Source of the DNA: Gonapodya sp. JEL0774
Taxonomy: Eukaryota
Assembly: GCA_027604505.1 (NCBI GenBank)
Contig: JADIIX010000116.1
Location: 50,582 to 70,581 of the forward strand
Reading direction: 5' to 3'
Length of the DNA: 20,000 bases
Positions 19,001 to 20,000 of this stretch are shown one piece after another; position 1 is the first letter of the stretch, and each line of letters opens with the position of its first letter. The translations under genes were made by a program, and so were the position numbers. The notes under the pieces are model-generated. The model did not search any database and was not told where the DNA came from. It was given only the letters and a program-made list of their open reading frames with translations.

Positions 19001-20000
19001 ACATTGTTCCACCATTTCCAGAAGTTCCGAACACATACAAAACGTGCAATATGCCAGGTTCCAAAGCAGGGAGCATGGTTGTGGATGGGAACGACTACAT
19101 CCGGAGTGTTTATGGGTTTGACACTTCATCTGACACGGTGTGGTGGAACTTTGGAGCCATAGCAGGGCTTTGGTTTGTGTTTCTTTTTCTTTCGGTACGT
19201 GCTGGTTTCGTCATTTCTTTCAACCATGAAACCCTACTCGAACCAGTTATGCTATGTTTGTTATCGATATCGCAGGCTGTAGTTTCTGAGTTTGCTGAGT
19301 TTGGCGGAGGTGAGTATGGACCCAGAAATGAATTGCATTTGAAGCTATCTGATCATTGCGATCTCGCACAGATGGCGTCAATCGAATGATATTTCAGAAG
19401 GGGGCGCTTCCACGTCGCGAGGTTTCCAACGTGATCTCCACCGTGAGCAAGGGGACTGTTGACGACCTCTCCAGACAATCAACTCTCACAATGCCATCCA
19501 GTCTCAACTTGACATGGAGGAACTTGAACTACTGGATAAAGACTCCGCAAGGAGAGAGGCAACTTCTAGACAATGTTTCTGGTTTTCTTAAGCCTGGCCG
19601 GATGGTGGCACTCTTGGGTTTTACCGGGGCGGGCAAGACAACTCTTCAAGATGTACTGACGCGCCGCAAGACCACAGGGAAGATCGAAGGGACTATTTTT
19701 GTTGGATCTTTACCGCAAACTTCCGGTTTCAGACGTGTGATGGGTTACGCGGAGCGTGAGTTGTCTTGAAGATAGCGCTTCGTTGTCTGTTCTACTCACA
19801 ATCTTGTGTGAAATATCAGAAACCGATGTCCATACTGCCACAGCTACAGTTCACGAAGCTTTAAGATTCTCGGCGAATCTCCGGCAGCCTGCTGAAATGT
19901 CAAGAGACGAACGAGATCATTTCGTCGAGCAGGTGGGAGCAAGCGATCAGACCGCTTTCTGTCGATTTCACAAATTTAGACGGCTAACTGCCGCTGAAGA
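16020..20000 (+). CDS. Full-size PDR-type ABCG transporter (NBD1-TMD1-NBD2-...), 3' part outside the window
   Basis: Spliced translation: VTLIWRDLRVEG, SGFVRPGEMLL|VLGKPDSG, DVHLAALTVRQ, VRGISGGEKKRLS|VAE, WDQVTKGLD, FQLFDRVLLLAQGRTIYFGP, GAFSRGGVLYF, YKHKEWTFYH, ALMANEFRGLTFEC (PDR_CDR region), LTWRNLNY..LLDNVSGFLKPGRMVALLGFTGAGKTTL and GYAEQTDVH..EALRFSANLRQP. 17 complete frame-consistent introns, and an 18th opens at 19933. Confidence 0.93.

Overview
Eukaryotic, intron-rich genomic DNA, most consistent with a fungus (probably an early-diverging lineage; inferred from gene content and short GT-AG introns, not confirmed). Six genes were reconstructed by hand from splice signals and reading-frame continuity: MSH3 (+, 15 introns), an unrecognised ~590-aa coiled-coil protein (-, 6 exons including a 16-nt micro-exon), PRP6 (-), an Elongin A/ELA1-like gene (-, 5 exons), GPN1/NPA3 GTPase (+, divergent from ELA1, both ends at assembly gaps) and a full-size PDR-type ABCG transporter (+, runs off the window). 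No prokaryotic features, RNA genes, CRISPR arrays or autonomous transposons were seen. The most unusual signal is a ~6.5-kb low-complexity island (~9230-15650) where the sense strand is C-rich around 3' splice sites and G-rich around most 5' splice sites, in both gene orientations and in synonymous codon choice. Other points of interest are a minihairpin/tandem-repeat cassette in GPN1 intron 1, a stem-forming MSH3 intron, a duplicated exon-end motif in ELA1 and frequent AAG acceptors. Three 10-N gaps limit confidence locally.
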